DNA of 64,000 bases from assembly GCA_963835575.1 (NCBI GenBank), contig CAWIGG010000006.1:32001-96000 (forward strand). Reading direction: 5' to 3'. Source of the DNA: an uncultured Spirochaetota bacterium (lineage in GTDB: Bacteria > Spirochaetota > Brevinematia > Brevinematales > JAOACQ01). The notes under the pieces are model-generated. The model was not told the origin of the DNA, did no database searches, and saw only the letters and a program-made list of their open reading frames with translations. Both the position numbers and the translations under genes were made by a program. Shown piece by piece: positions 19,514 to 29,678 of this stretch (positions are counted from its first letter, which is position 1; the number at the start of each line of letters is the position of its first letter).

Positions 19514-20176
19514 TTAAAAAAAGCTGACTTCATCCAGCTCCAGATCGATTGAGGCTATCGGCTGGCCGATTGTCTCCCATTGAAGGCCGAAAGCGGACGT
19601 TAAAGAATCTTTAAGGAGCTTTTTCTGTCCCCAGCTTTCCTGCTGGAAAGACCTGAATGGAATTGTAATCTCCGTCCACTCGCTGGTTGTGGGGATAGTA
19701 TAAGTGAAATAGCAGTAATCAGTAATATTACCGGTTTTAATTTGTATTTTATAGCTCTTTCCATCTCCGCGGGTGAAAAATTTAACGCCGGTATACTTAT
19801 TGAGGTCCATAGCGGCGTTTCCAGGTAAAAAGTTACAGCCGATACCGATAAAACCATATTGAAATTTAGTAGTCACTTTTCCGGTTAATTTTGCAAAATA
19901 GGAACTCCCTTTAGCCCCGCCTTTATCCGTTTTTTCCAGCGCAAAAGGATCGGGCAGAGCTGTAGAATCGCCATTGTTGGCCGCATCATTTAAGACTGAC
20001 CAGTCGCCGCCGAAAGCAGTGGTGGTTTTGTTGTCTTCAAAATTACTGATCAACACAGGGGTTCCTGAAGATGCTGAAGGGGCCTCATCTTTTTTAACGG
20101 TCTTGTCCCCCCCGCAGCCTGACACTAATAAAAAGCCCAATAATAATAGAGACATTACTAAAGATTTTTTAAGCAT
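19514..20176 (-). CDS. Lipoprotein with CIA30/CBM11-like carbohydrate-binding domain
   Basis: Lipobox LVSGC; DLNKYTGVKF..RGDGKSY...W.EITIPF..F.Q.SWG. Confidence 0.8.
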   Translation of the reverse strand: MLKKSLVMSLLLLGFLLVSGCGGDKTVKKDEAPSASSGTPVLISNFEDNKTTTAFGGDWSVLNDAANNGDSTALPDPFALEKTDKGGAKGSSYFAKLTGKVTTKFQYGFIGIGCNFLPGNAAMDLNKYTGVKFFTRGDGKSYKIQIKTGNITDYCYFTYTIPTTSEWTEITIPFRSFQQESWGQKKLLKDSLTSAFGLQWETIGQPIASIDLELDEVSFF

Positions 20177-20403
20177 ATTTATCCTCCTTTATAATTTCTT
20201 ATCTTTAGAAGACCCTTTTATATTCTATATTATAAAACCAAAAATTAAAAATTTAACACTACTTTAAGTAGGGTTATTATCCAACTTAAGGCAGGAATTT
20301 TTCTGTAATATACTGAAGATTATTACCCATTAAAAAAATAATTATGAATAAAAAATATTTTGAAATTCCTTGACAATATGATATGGATAATATATTTTAT
20401 ATG

Positions 20404-20419
20404 TACTACATATGTAGTA
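20404..20419. promoter_or_regulatory. Perfect 16-bp operator-like palindrome (BlaI/MecI/CopY-type TACA-NN-TGTA core)
   Basis: TACTACATATGTAGTA between TTGACA (20370) and the RBS of the methyltransferase gene. Confidence 0.55.
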
Positions 20420-20441
20420 TTTATAAATGGAAGGAGTTTAG

Positions 20442-21248
20442 ATGTCTCACAAACAGTATGTTCACGGTTATTCTGAAAGGGAATCGGTCCGGCTTTTTGA
20501 CCAGGCGCAGACGCTTGCAGAACTTCTTCATCATGATTCTGTTTATCCGGCCGGAAGCAGGATCCTTGAGGCCGGCTGCGGCACAGGCGCGCAAACGGTA
20601 ATTCTGGCTGAAAAAAACCCGGCTTCTGAAATCATTTCAATGGATATTTCCACGAAATCACTTGGAACAGCGGAAGCGCGGATTAAAGAAGAAAATATTA
20701 AGAATGTCGTATTTATTGAAGGTGATATTTTTCATATGCCTCATGAAAAGGAAAGCTTTGACCATGTTTTTGTCTGCTTTGTGCTGGAGCATCTATCGGA
20801 CCCGGCGCTGGCGCTCGGCATGCTGAAACAGGTGTTAAAAAAGGGCGGTTCCCTCTCAGGCATTGAAGGGGACCATGGCTCAGTCTATTTTTATCCGGAA
20901 AGCGCCGAAGCCCTTCAAGCCATCCGCTGTCAGATTGAGCTTCAGGCAATGATGAAAGGAAATTCTTTGATAGGCAGGCGGCTCTATCCGCTGCTCACGC
21001 AAGCCGGCTTCAGGAATGTCCATGTTTCGCCCAGGATGGTTTATGCGGACGCATCCAGGCCGGAAATGGTTGAAGGTTTTACAAAAAAGACGTTTATAGC
21101 CATGATCGAAGGTGTAAAGGAAAATGTTTTAAGTAATCATCTGATCAGCAATGAAGACTGGCAGAAAGGGATCGCGGACCTGTACAGAACTACCGGGGAA
21201 GACGGCGTTTTCTGCTATACATTTTTCAAGGGTATAGGATTAAAATAG
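20442..21248 (+). CDS. Class I SAM-dependent methyltransferase
   Basis: ILEAGCGTG, FDHVFVCFVLEH. Confidence 0.9.
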   Translation: MSHKQYVHGYSERESVRLFDQAQTLAELLHHDSVYPAGSRILEAGCGTGAQTVILAEKNPASEIISMDISTKSLGTAEARIKEENIKNVVFIEGDIFHMPHEKESFDHVFVCFVLEHLSDPALALGMLKQVLKKGGSLSGIEGDHGSVYFYPESAEALQAIRCQIELQAMMKGNSLIGRRLYPLLTQAGFRNVHVSPRMVYADASRPEMVEGFTKKTFIAMIEGVKENVLSNHLISNEDWQKGIADLYRTTGEDGVFCYTFFKGIGLK

Positions 21249-21290
21249 CCGGAAGCAGTTAATATTTTAAAAAGTGCCAACCCGGATATC

Positions 21291-22346
21291 CTATTTCTTC
21301 AGTTCAAGCTCATTCAGGGCTTTTTGTACAACAGGAATATCCGGTGTTTCAAATTTCAGACCGTAAGAGTATTTATTCCGCTGCTTTTTCTTCCAGACTA
21401 TTTTGCAGAATTTTTCCTTCAGATAAAGACTGACGGAAATCCTGGAATTCAGCTTATAAACAGCCAGCCGGTTGAGGTCTTCCGGCGTTATGATTTCCAA
21501 TCCGCCCGAGGAAATGTTATTAATTTCGCATGGATTCATAACACCGAGCATCATGTCCTCGATTAAGCATTTTGAAGAGAGCTTATATCTTTTAGATTTT
21601 CTCACTTCATTTTTAAGATTGAATATTTCGTTCAGGGCGCTTTTAACGGCGGGATTAAATATAGTGCTGTTCTTTTCCAGTAATGCGTTGATTGCCTTTC
21701 CCAGAGTGTCCATGCAGTCATAGTTTGTCTGCTGAAGCAGGTTGTCGACGGTATTGGCGGCTATGACTATATAGTCTTCAACAGAAAGATCATTTTCTTT
21801 AAGACCTCTCGGATATCCGGTGCCGTCGTTCCGTTCGTGGTGGTTTAAAACAAGCCGGGCAACCTCAGGCAGCATTTTGAGATGATACAGTAACAGCCTC
21901 TCTCCCCAGATCGGATGGTATTTATTGGTCATTTTCGGGTCTTCATTTCTGAATTGATATAAAGTTCTGATGTTTTCATCAAAATCCATTTTGCCTATAT
22001 CATGAAAAAGAGCGGCGGTAATGATTTTTACCATAATACTATGATCAATTTTCAGATAATTGGAAAGAATGAAGCTGAATATTGCCGTATTCAGACAGTG
22101 TGAAAGAAACCGGCCGGGTGTTTCCAGGCATGATAATAAACGGATATAAAAATCCTCATGTCCTGCCGCTTCCTGGATGAGCTTATTGATAAAAACTCTG
22201 AGATGGGTCCGGAAATCAAGTATGTTGATGTTTTCGTCCCGGATTTCAGCCAGAAGCTTTCCGAGGGATTCCAGAAGAACTTCATAAGCCTTGAGTTTTT
22301 TAAGTTTGCTGACCTTGTCGGAAACCGGCTCGGTAATATTATCCAT
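21291..22346 (-). CDS. HD-GYP-like domain plus C-terminal PilZ domain
   Basis: HDIGK, HHERNDGTGYP; PilZ RKSKR and NISSGG. Confidence 0.85.
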   Translation of the reverse strand: MDNITEPVSDKVSKLKKLKAYEVLLESLGKLLAEIRDENINILDFRTHLRVFINKLIQEAAGHEDFYIRLLSCLETPGRFLSHCLNTAIFSFILSNYLKIDHSIMVKIITAALFHDIGKMDFDENIRTLYQFRNEDPKMTNKYHPIWGERLLLYHLKMLPEVARLVLNHHERNDGTGYPRGLKENDLSVEDYIVIAANTVDNLLQQTNYDCMDTLGKAINALLEKNSTIFNPAVKSALNEIFNLKNEVRKSKRYKLSSKCLIEDMMLGVMNPCEINNISSGGLEIITPEDLNRLAVYKLNSRISVSLYLKEKFCKIVWKKKQRNKYSYGLKFETPDIPVVQKALNELELKK

Positions 22347-22643
22347 TTTTAAATTCCTTAAAAAACAATCGCTTTTCTAAATTGAACGATTTATTTTATT
22401 TATTAATAAACTTTTATTAAAAAATCGCTCAATTCAGGAATGACTTAATTTCAGGGAAATAAAATGTATTATTATAAAAATTATAACTGTATTTGATTTT
22501 TTTGTGAAATAAATTTATTCTTTATTAAATTGAATTTAGCTATTTATTTTGGCAATATTTTAATCGGCAAGATAAAATATGAGAAGATAATAATAATTAT
22601 TAATTAAAGAATTTAATAAATAATAAATATCGAGGAGGGATCA

Positions 22644-23000
22644 ATGCCGGATAATAGAAAGTTCAGCCGCGTCAATTTTAAGATAGAAAGCAAATTCATA
22701 AGTTCAAAAAAAACCTTCGGCATTAAGGTTATTAATATCTCTCTCAAGGGGCTTCTGGCGGAGATTGGTCCGGCCGTTAAGAGGGAGGATATAGAAACGG
22801 GGACCATTGAAATACGGCTGATCAATTCGGATATTGTTCTGACATTTGAAGCCGAATTGATCCATTTTCAGGACAGTCTGACCGGCTACAGGTTTATTAA
22901 AACAGACAGCGAGAGTATAACGCATCTCAGGAGGCTTCTGGAGCTCAACACCGGCAATCCAAACCAGATCGATAGTGAAATATTTTTTCTTGTTGACTGA
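22644..23000 (+). CDS. PilZ-domain protein
   Basis: RKFSR (RxxxR), NISLKG, C-terminal THLRRLLELN. Confidence 0.85.
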   Translation: MPDNRKFSRVNFKIESKFISSKKTFGIKVINISLKGLLAEIGPAVKREDIETGTIEIRLINSDIVLTFEAELIHFQDSLTGYRFIKTDSESITHLRRLLELNTGNPNQIDSEIFFLVD

Positions 23001-23056
23001 TAATCCGGCGGGTTTTATGTAACACTGAACATTAAAGTAATAAAAAGGAGCTTATT

Positions 23057-23648
23057 ATGCCGGGAAAAGCGTTTTTTGTTTAAACCCTGATGTTCCTGTT
23101 TTATTCATACAACTTTGCGGAGATGGACGCGCGGGTAATCATCAGAGAAACCGTTCTGGACAATTTTCTCTCCGCTGTCGGCCCCATCGGTAATACTGAG
23201 AAATTCAGTGTGGCCGGCATCAAAGGTAATTATACATGGTCCATCCAAAACCCGAGGATTGAAATCTCAACGGATAAAGCCCGGTTTATTACGGACGCGA
23301 GCGTAAAGGTGATGTCATTTACATACGATACGACCGCTTACGGGGACGTTGAGGTGAAGTATGATCCCGCCGCCAACCGGATTTCGGTCAAGATACTCAA
23401 GGCGGCTGTTCTCATCTATGCCAATCTCTTTGGAAGGAAATTCAATATTACCGAAATAGATATTTCCAGATTTTACAAAATGCAGTTTGAGTTTGCCGGC
23501 CCCCAGCCGGTCCAGACAAAAGCGGATGTGACGCTCCCGGAATGGAAAAATACGCACTGTGTTCGTGACCATTTCCCCGCAGATGCGCCTGGAACCCCAT
23601 CAGATCGCTGTCGGAAACTCTTTACAGTTTAAGGGACAGGACAATTGA
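23057..23648 (+). pseudogene. Exported hypothetical protein interrupted by in-frame TAA (23081-83) and a +1 frameshift near 23541
   Basis: AGGAG RBS then ATG 23057 in frame with ORF 23090; alternative frame NGKIRTVFVTISPQMRLE... ends at TGA 23648. Confidence 0.6.
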
Positions 23649-23842
23649 ACGCCGCCGCTTTCTAAAAAAATATTTTGTATCTTTTTAAAATAATGTGAAG
23701 TATATATATTTACAGAGGAAGAAGCTGTTTAATTAAATTCAATAATTTAAAATGCTTTTCTAATTAGTATTTAAGAACTGCTTAAAAAAACTCAGAATGC
23801 GGGTATTCCTGAACAGCGTCGGGGGGGAATACCTGCTTTTTT

Positions 23843-24256
23843 TTATTCCGGACGGCGGGCCTGAAACCAGAGGCACTTGTCCAGCCAGCCGCAGCCGCCG
23901 CAGATGCCGTTTAATCCGGATACGGTTTGAAATTTCCTATTGACCATTGAAAAAAGCCGTTGAGCGTTTTCAATGGTCTTTTCTTTCAGATCCAGGCCGG
24001 TTAATACTTTTAGATCGGTTTCCTTGATCCTGTCAGGCAAATCATTGTCTCTCCGGCATTCATTATTGACGCGGTGCGGGCAATGAACGCAGATAATATC
24101 GATCCCTGTTATCACTTCAAATTTTAATTCAGGCTTACCGGCAATAAGCTCAACCAGTTCGTTCATATTGGCTTCGAATTCCTGATTATAGCCGAATCCC
24201 TGGTACCCCTGAAGGCACAGCAGATGATGAGCGCGGATTTTTAAAACATGTTCCAC
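23843..24256 (-). CDS. DUF1284 family protein
   Basis: IRAHHLLC.QGYQG.GY, DIIC..CPH, IC..C.W...C.W. Confidence 0.88.
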   Translation of the reverse strand: MEHVLKIRAHHLLCLQGYQGFGYNQEFEANMNELVELIAGKPELKFEVITGIDIICVHCPHRVNNECRRDNDLPDRIKETDLKVLTGLDLKEKTIENAQRLFSMVNRKFQTVSGLNGICGGCGWLDKCLWFQARRPE

Positions 24257-24268
24257 TGTGATTCCATT

Positions 24269-24904
24269 TTACTTCTCTTCAATATAATCCTTTTTCGGGG
24301 TTATCATGCTAATGAGGAGAGCGCCTGCAACGGATTTTATCATATCGCCGATGATAAAAGGAACTGCTCCCAGCCATAATAATTCGGGAATTCCGGCAGG
24401 TTTTCCCTTAATAAGACTGAGCCATAAACCGAGCTGTATAAGGCCCGGGACATAGATTAAGATAAGGTTTGCAGTAAGCATTATTCCAAGGAGCGGAAAG
24501 AAGCGGCGGGATGCGGCGAACTTATCAATCATATAGCCGACAAAAAGGGCCGCCAGGATAAAACCGAACAGATATCCGCCGGTCGGCCCGAAAAGTGTGC
24601 CGATCCCTCCGGTCATACCGGCAAACCAGGGTATGCCGGCAACTCCTGCGGCGACATAAATCGCGGCGCTGATGCCGCCCCAGTTTCTGCCTAATAATGC
24701 CGCGGCCAAAACGACACCAAGCTGAGTCCCGACGATGGGAACAGGAGTCCATGGAAGAAAAATCTTTACCTGGGCCAGAAGCCCCATTAAAACAGCTCCG
24801 CCGAAAGCTAATAAAGTCTTGTTTATAACGGCCGATCCGCTGCGCCATTTGAAAAAGCGGTAACGGATTCTGGAATATTGTTCTGAAATTGCGTTTATCT
24901 GCAT
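24269..24904 (-). CDS. bioY: Biotin ECF transporter substrate component BioY
   Basis: LPWTPVPI, G..G.PWFAG..GG....GPTGGYL.GF, PFIIGD.IK. Confidence 0.93.
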   Translation of the reverse strand: MQINAISEQYSRIRYRFFKWRSGSAVINKTLLAFGGAVLMGLLAQVKIFLPWTPVPIVGTQLGVVLAAALLGRNWGGISAAIYVAAGVAGIPWFAGMTGGIGTLFGPTGGYLFGFILAALFVGYMIDKFAASRRFFPLLGIMLTANLILIYVPGLIQLGLWLSLIKGKPAGIPELLWLGAVPFIIGDMIKSVAGALLISMITPKKDYIEEK

Positions 24905-24935
24905 AATATTTCCTCCGGCTAATTTAAATCGGATA

Positions 24936-24964
24936 ATTCTAACAGAAAAATATGCAATTGTCAA
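24936..24964 (-). promoter_or_regulatory. Sigma70 promoter of bioY, overlapping a BirA-like half-site
   Basis: Minus strand TTGACA-17 nt-TAGAAT; plus strand AATTGTCAACC half-site at 24956-24966. Confidence 0.7.
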
Positions 24965-24970
24965 CCATAG

Positions 24971-26366
24971 GAGTTTTTGTCAAATGTTGTGTATGACATA
25001 CCCTCTCATTTTTTTATGCTGCCTTTTTTACAAGCTCTCCGTTCTCAAAAACAGCGCCTTCCAATACAAGGCTAATCTTTTCATAACCTCTTAATTTTCT
25101 CCATCGCCTGGATGCCTTATCCAGTAATTTATAGACCATTATTAGAATCGTTTCCCTGGTTCCGCAGCCTCTCATCTTTTTAGTTCTTAATCGAACTGTA
25201 GAGAAGGTAGATTCTATTACGTTTGTCGTACGGATATGTACCCAATGTTCCGCCGGACAGTTATAAAATTCGATCATAAGCTCCCAATCCTTTTCTAAAC
25301 ATTCGACAGCTGCTGGATATTTAGGATTAAAAACCGCCTGGAATAATTCAAAAGCTTTGATAGCATTATCCTTATCAGGAGCATTGCATATCTCATGAAG
25401 CATCTCTTTTGCCTTTGACTGTAATACTTTGGGCAGCTTGTTTAGAATGTTCTTTATCTTATGAACCCAGCATCTCTGCCATCTGGATTCAGGATATACT
25501 TCTTTGGCTGCTTTCCAGAATCCAAGGCTTCCGTCTCCGATAAAAAGAATAGGACCTTTCAAACCTTTTTCTTTTAGGTTTCTTAATATCCCTAACCAAG
25601 TCTCGGAATTCTCTCTGTAACCTTCTTCAACAAGAATAATCTCCTTTTCACCATTCTCATTGGCTCCGATCATTACAAGAGTGCATAAACGGTCTTCGCT
25701 GCCCTGTACATTGAAGTAAATGCCGTCAACCCATATATAGCAATACTTTTTATCGCTTAAATCGGATGTCCGCCACTCATCATATTCTTTACCCCATCCT
25801 TGTTTCATTCTGCTTATACTTGAGGCTGATAATCCTTTCGCTTCTTCACCAAGCAATCCTCTCAAGGCATTCTCCATATCCATCTCTGAGACTCCATAGA
25901 GATACAACAATGGAATGGCTTCCTCAATTCTCAGGCTTTTTCTCATATACGGCGGTACTATTAGGCTTTGAAAATTGTCGCCTCCGAGTCGGTTCCTTGT
26001 TCTCGGAATACATACATCAATAGCCCCTCCACCAATGAGAATCTGACGGGCTTTATGATACCCATTTCTTACTATTGCCTTTCTCCCGTCTTCGATAGTT
26101 AAATGCTCTCTCTCCTGAAGAAACCCATTAATTTCATCTTCCAGAGCCTTCTTGATTATTTCCCTGGCCCCGATCCTTGCCAATTCTTCAAGACATAAAA
26201 ATTCTACTGTTTCATCTTGATTAAAAGCCTGTAAGAGCTTAAAATCTTCGTTGTGCTTCGGCATATGGCGTATTCCTCCTTTTGTTTATTGTCGTAAATA
26301 AATTATAGAGGGTACGCCATCTTTTTTATAATATTTATTCCTATACACAACTTTCTATTATAACTC
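24971..26366 (-). mobile_element. IS256-family insertion sequence, copy 1 (1396 bp)
   Basis: Reverse complement of 40011-41406; imperfect TIRs GAGTT-N10-GTTGTGTAT; flanks CAACCATAG / CAAGCCAAT form only a degenerate TSD. Confidence 0.95.
25014..26264 (-). CDS. IS256-family (Mutator-type DDE) transposase
   Basis: RNGY, YIWVDG, IGDG, QRCWVHK, RTTNVIESTF. Confidence 0.97.
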   Translation of the reverse strand: MPKHNEDFKLLQAFNQDETVEFLCLEELARIGAREIIKKALEDEINGFLQEREHLTIEDGRKAIVRNGYHKARQILIGGGAIDVCIPRTRNRLGGDNFQSLIVPPYMRKSLRIEEAIPLLYLYGVSEMDMENALRGLLGEEAKGLSASSISRMKQGWGKEYDEWRTSDLSDKKYCYIWVDGIYFNVQGSEDRLCTLVMIGANENGEKEIILVEEGYRENSETWLGILRNLKEKGLKGPILFIGDGSLGFWKAAKEVYPESRWQRCWVHKIKNILNKLPKVLQSKAKEMLHEICNAPDKDNAIKAFELFQAVFNPKYPAAVECLEKDWELMIEFYNCPAEHWVHIRTTNVIESTFSTVRLRTKKMRGCGTRETILIMVYKLLDKASRRWRKLRGYEKISLVLEGAVFENGELVKKAA

Positions 26367-26481
26367 CAAGCCAATATTTTTTATCAGTTTACAATTAAAG
26401 GTTTAAGGGATTATCTTTTAAAAACTGATTAACAGGTTTATTTCTGGGTATCCGGTGTGAGTTACCGGGACAATAAATCAG

Positions 26482-27216
26482 TTAGAGGCTGAAAATATCA
26501 TTAAAGACGTTCCTGATCGTGGCGCTGAATATGTTGCGGTGGCTATCCATCAGCTTCTGAACTGTTGTCTGCATTGTATCGAAGCTGTTATAATGGGTCT
26601 TTTGCAGGATATTATCGATCAGATTCGCCGCTATTATGATCTGATCGTAGATAGTCAGCTCGTTTTCCTTGAGATGTCTTGGGTAACCGGAACCGTCGTT
26701 CTGCTCATGATGATTTAATACAAGCCGGGCGATTTCCGGAGATAATTTAAGATAGGACAGGCATAATCGTTCTCCCCACACGGGATGGTTCTGTTGTATA
26801 AGGGTTGGCGCTTCATCCCGGTAAATGTATAAGGCCTTTATCTTTTCACTAAAATTGATCTTTCCGATGTCATGAAGAAGCGCGGCTGTTAAAATCATGA
26901 ACTGTATATGAGTGTCGATTTCAATATATGAAGAAATAATAAAGCTGAAAATAGCGGTATTCAGGCTGTGAGAAATAAAGGGGCTGGGTGTTTCCAGACT
27001 GGAAAGCATCCGGATAAATAACAGTTCCTGACCGGATACTTCATTGATCAGTTCGTGGATAAATTCATCCAGATCGATCTTGAAATTGGAGGCATTTGCA
27101 TTATCATCCTGTATTTCCTCGAATAATTTGCCGGTCAAGGACAATAATCCCTCATAATTATTAAGTAATTTTAGTTTTTTGGCCTTTTCCGAAATCGGGG
27201 CGGGATTCTGTTCCAT
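26482..27216 (-). CDS. HD-GYP-like domain protein, paralog of 21291..22346 without PilZ
   Basis: LETP..F.SH.LNTAIFSFI, HDIGK, HHEQNDGSGYP shared with the paralog. Confidence 0.85.
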   Translation of the reverse strand: MEQNPAPISEKAKKLKLLNNYEGLLSLTGKLFEEIQDDNANASNFKIDLDEFIHELINEVSGQELLFIRMLSSLETPSPFISHSLNTAIFSFIISSYIEIDTHIQFMILTAALLHDIGKINFSEKIKALYIYRDEAPTLIQQNHPVWGERLCLSYLKLSPEIARLVLNHHEQNDGSGYPRHLKENELTIYDQIIIAANLIDNILQKTHYNSFDTMQTTVQKLMDSHRNIFSATIRNVFNDIFSL

Positions 27217-27483
27217 TTTATTTGCCTCTTGGGAAACATTTATAAATTATCTTTTATCACATGACAATTGTACAATTGAAAACTTAATATATCAATACTA
27301 TTTTTATTTATATATTTATTGTTTAACATTAATTGATATTTATGTTTGTTAAACTGATATCATTTTCAAACACTTTAAACTGTTGATAACTAAAAATAGT
27401 ACAAAAGCCTTATTGAAATTTTACTAATAATATTATATATTATTCTAAATATTGTCTATTTATTCGCAAAATGGAGGAAAAGT

Positions 27484-28491
27484 ATGAGATTTTTTATTAC
27501 CGGATTACTTTTCTTGGTATTTGTAAGCTGTACCGCGAATCCTTCTTCGGGTTCGGGTGGGTCAAGTTCATCCACCTCTTCGCATAGTTACATCATCTCC
27601 GGTTATACTATCACAAAAATTACTAATTATTATACTAATGACGGGCTTCCATCGGATTCTTATGGATGCATTTCTGTCCAGGGAACAAAAATAATGGCGG
27701 GGACGCTTAACTCGGGAGTTGTTTTCAGCTCTAATTATGGAACAAACTGGATTGTGATGAATAAAGCCGTTTCCGGCCTTACAAATGATCAGGTCAATGC
27801 GGTCCTTATTGATAATGGCACATGCTATATCGGCACATTCGGCGGGCTTTCCGTTTATACTCCGGCCGACGGGAAAATAACGAATGATCTCGGCGGCGTA
27901 CAGATCAGAAATATAGCCTCGAGCGCGGACACCATCTATCTGGCCACTGACAAAGGCCTTTATGTCTCGCCGAAATCAAGCATTTCATGGACCCTTTATA
28001 ACAGCGGAACTCTGGCGACTAACATTAATTTATACAGTCTCGCAATAAAAGACGGCAAATTATATATCGGAACGGCTGCCAGGATTTATATTTCCGGCCT
28101 GGATTGCAGTTCTTTTGAGTATCATGATGTAACTGCCACGTCTCCAGCCGATCCGGTTCAGACAATCATCAAAGCAGGGAATAATCTTATTGCCGGGGTG
28201 AATTATGCCGTATCCGTTTCCTCGAATGAGGGGACGAACTGGACGCTGGATGAAATTTCGACCGGCGGAGGAGCGGCGACAGGATTCGCGGCGGACAGTG
28301 ACGGTGATGTTTATCTTGTGAAATACGGCGCGGAACTTTATTATTCAAAAAATAGCGGGGTCGATTGGTCTTATGCAGTTTTTCCCGGGGCCGGCGGTTT
28401 GGGCCTTAACGCTTGGGGGATTGCCTTACAAGGCAGTACAATCTATGTCGCTCACAGCGCAGGGATTTTCATAGGAACGATTAATAAATAG
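27484..28491 (+). CDS. Lipoprotein with Ser/Gly tether and Asp-box beta-propeller
   Basis: FVSC lipobox; SSNYGTNW, SSNEGTNW, SKNSGVDW repeats. Confidence 0.75.
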   Translation: MRFFITGLLFLVFVSCTANPSSGSGGSSSSTSSHSYIISGYTITKITNYYTNDGLPSDSYGCISVQGTKIMAGTLNSGVVFSSNYGTNWIVMNKAVSGLTNDQVNAVLIDNGTCYIGTFGGLSVYTPADGKITNDLGGVQIRNIASSADTIYLATDKGLYVSPKSSISWTLYNSGTLATNINLYSLAIKDGKLYIGTAARIYISGLDCSSFEYHDVTATSPADPVQTIIKAGNNLIAGVNYAVSVSSNEGTNWTLDEISTGGGAATGFAADSDGDVYLVKYGAELYYSKNSGVDWSYAVFPGAGGLGLNAWGIALQGSTIYVAHSAGIFIGTINK

Positions 28492-28570
28492 GATCATACA
28501 ATTATTATAATTAACGGCAGAAACCCTTTTGGATTTCCGCCGTTTTGTTTTTTTAGTAAAAATAGATATT

Positions 28571-29668
28571 TCAAGAAACTTTCTTATTTTTCCAGAAAAG
28601 TCCCAATTGTCCGCAGGCGGCTTTGATCTCGCGGCCTTTACTCCTGCGGAAGACAAAGGGTATTTGGAGCTTTTTCAGGTATTGCGTAAAAAGCCGGATG
28701 GTGTTTTCGGAAGGCGGCATATAAGGCAGTTCTTCCAGAGGATTGTAGGCGATGACATTGAGATTATAATCCAGGCCGCTTAAGAGGGTTTTAATACCGG
28801 CGGCGTCCTCTTCGGAGTCATTCACTTTTTCAATCAGGACATATTCAAATGTGATCCTTCTTCCGCTCTTTTCCTGATAGGCTTTTAAGGCTTTTATCAG
28901 ACCGGCGAGGGGGTATTTTTTAGAAACCGGCATCAGCGCGGCCCTTTTATTCTGATCGGCGGAGTGGAGTGAAACGGCCAGGCGGATCTGCTCTTTTTCG
29001 TTTTGAAGCGCTTCAATCTGGGGGATAATGCCGGCCGTCGACAGCGTAAAATGGCGGCTGCCGAGATTATACCCGCCTGAAAACTTCAGGATATGAATGG
29101 ATTTAAGCGTGTTGTCATAATTCAGGAGCGGCTCGCCCATCCCCATAAAAACGATGTTTGAGATTTTCCGCGAGGCGGATTTATCGTTTTTGTAAAGGCC
29201 GTTCCGCTCTATGTAATCCTCGGCAAAAAGGACCTGCGAGATGATTTCGCCCGCGTCGAGGTTTCTTTTAAAACCGAGCAGGCCGGTCGCGCAGAAGCCG
29301 CAGCCCAGGGCGCATCCCGCCTGTGAGGAGACACAAAGCGTGATCCTCGTGTCATTTTCTTCGGAGTAAGAATCATCTGCAAAGATAAGGACCGCTTCGA
29401 TATGGTTTTTATCCTGCGTCTCAAACAGAAACTTTACGGTTTCCTTTGAACTGTCTGTTAAGGCATCTATTAATGTGAGATTCAGGATCTGGAATTTGTC
29501 TTTGAGGTCATCTCTCATTTTTTTTGATATATCGGACATATCCCCGAATGAAAAATTGAACTTTCTGTATATCCAGTTAAAAAGCTGATAAGCGGCATGC
29601 GCGGGATAGCCGTTATCAAGGCATTTTTGCTTCAGTTCGGCGAATGTATAGCTCAGTAAATTTTCCAA
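28571..29668 (-). CDS. rlmN: 23S rRNA m2A2503 / tRNA radical SAM methyltransferase
   Basis: CVSSQAGCALGCGFCATG, MGMGEP, SLH, AACGQL; TTG start 29668 after AAGGAG. Confidence 0.94.
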   Translation of the reverse strand: MENLLSYTFAELKQKCLDNGYPAHAAYQLFNWIYRKFNFSFGDMSDISKKMRDDLKDKFQILNLTLIDALTDSSKETVKFLFETQDKNHIEAVLIFADDSYSEENDTRITLCVSSQAGCALGCGFCATGLLGFKRNLDAGEIISQVLFAEDYIERNGLYKNDKSASRKISNIVFMGMGEPLLNYDNTLKSIHILKFSGGYNLGSRHFTLSTAGIIPQIEALQNEKEQIRLAVSLHSADQNKRAALMPVSKKYPLAGLIKALKAYQEKSGRRITFEYVLIEKVNDSEEDAAGIKTLLSGLDYNLNVIAYNPLEELPYMPPSENTIRLFTQYLKKLQIPFVFRRSKGREIKAACGQLGLFWKNKKVS

Positions 29669-29678
29669 TGGCCGCTCC

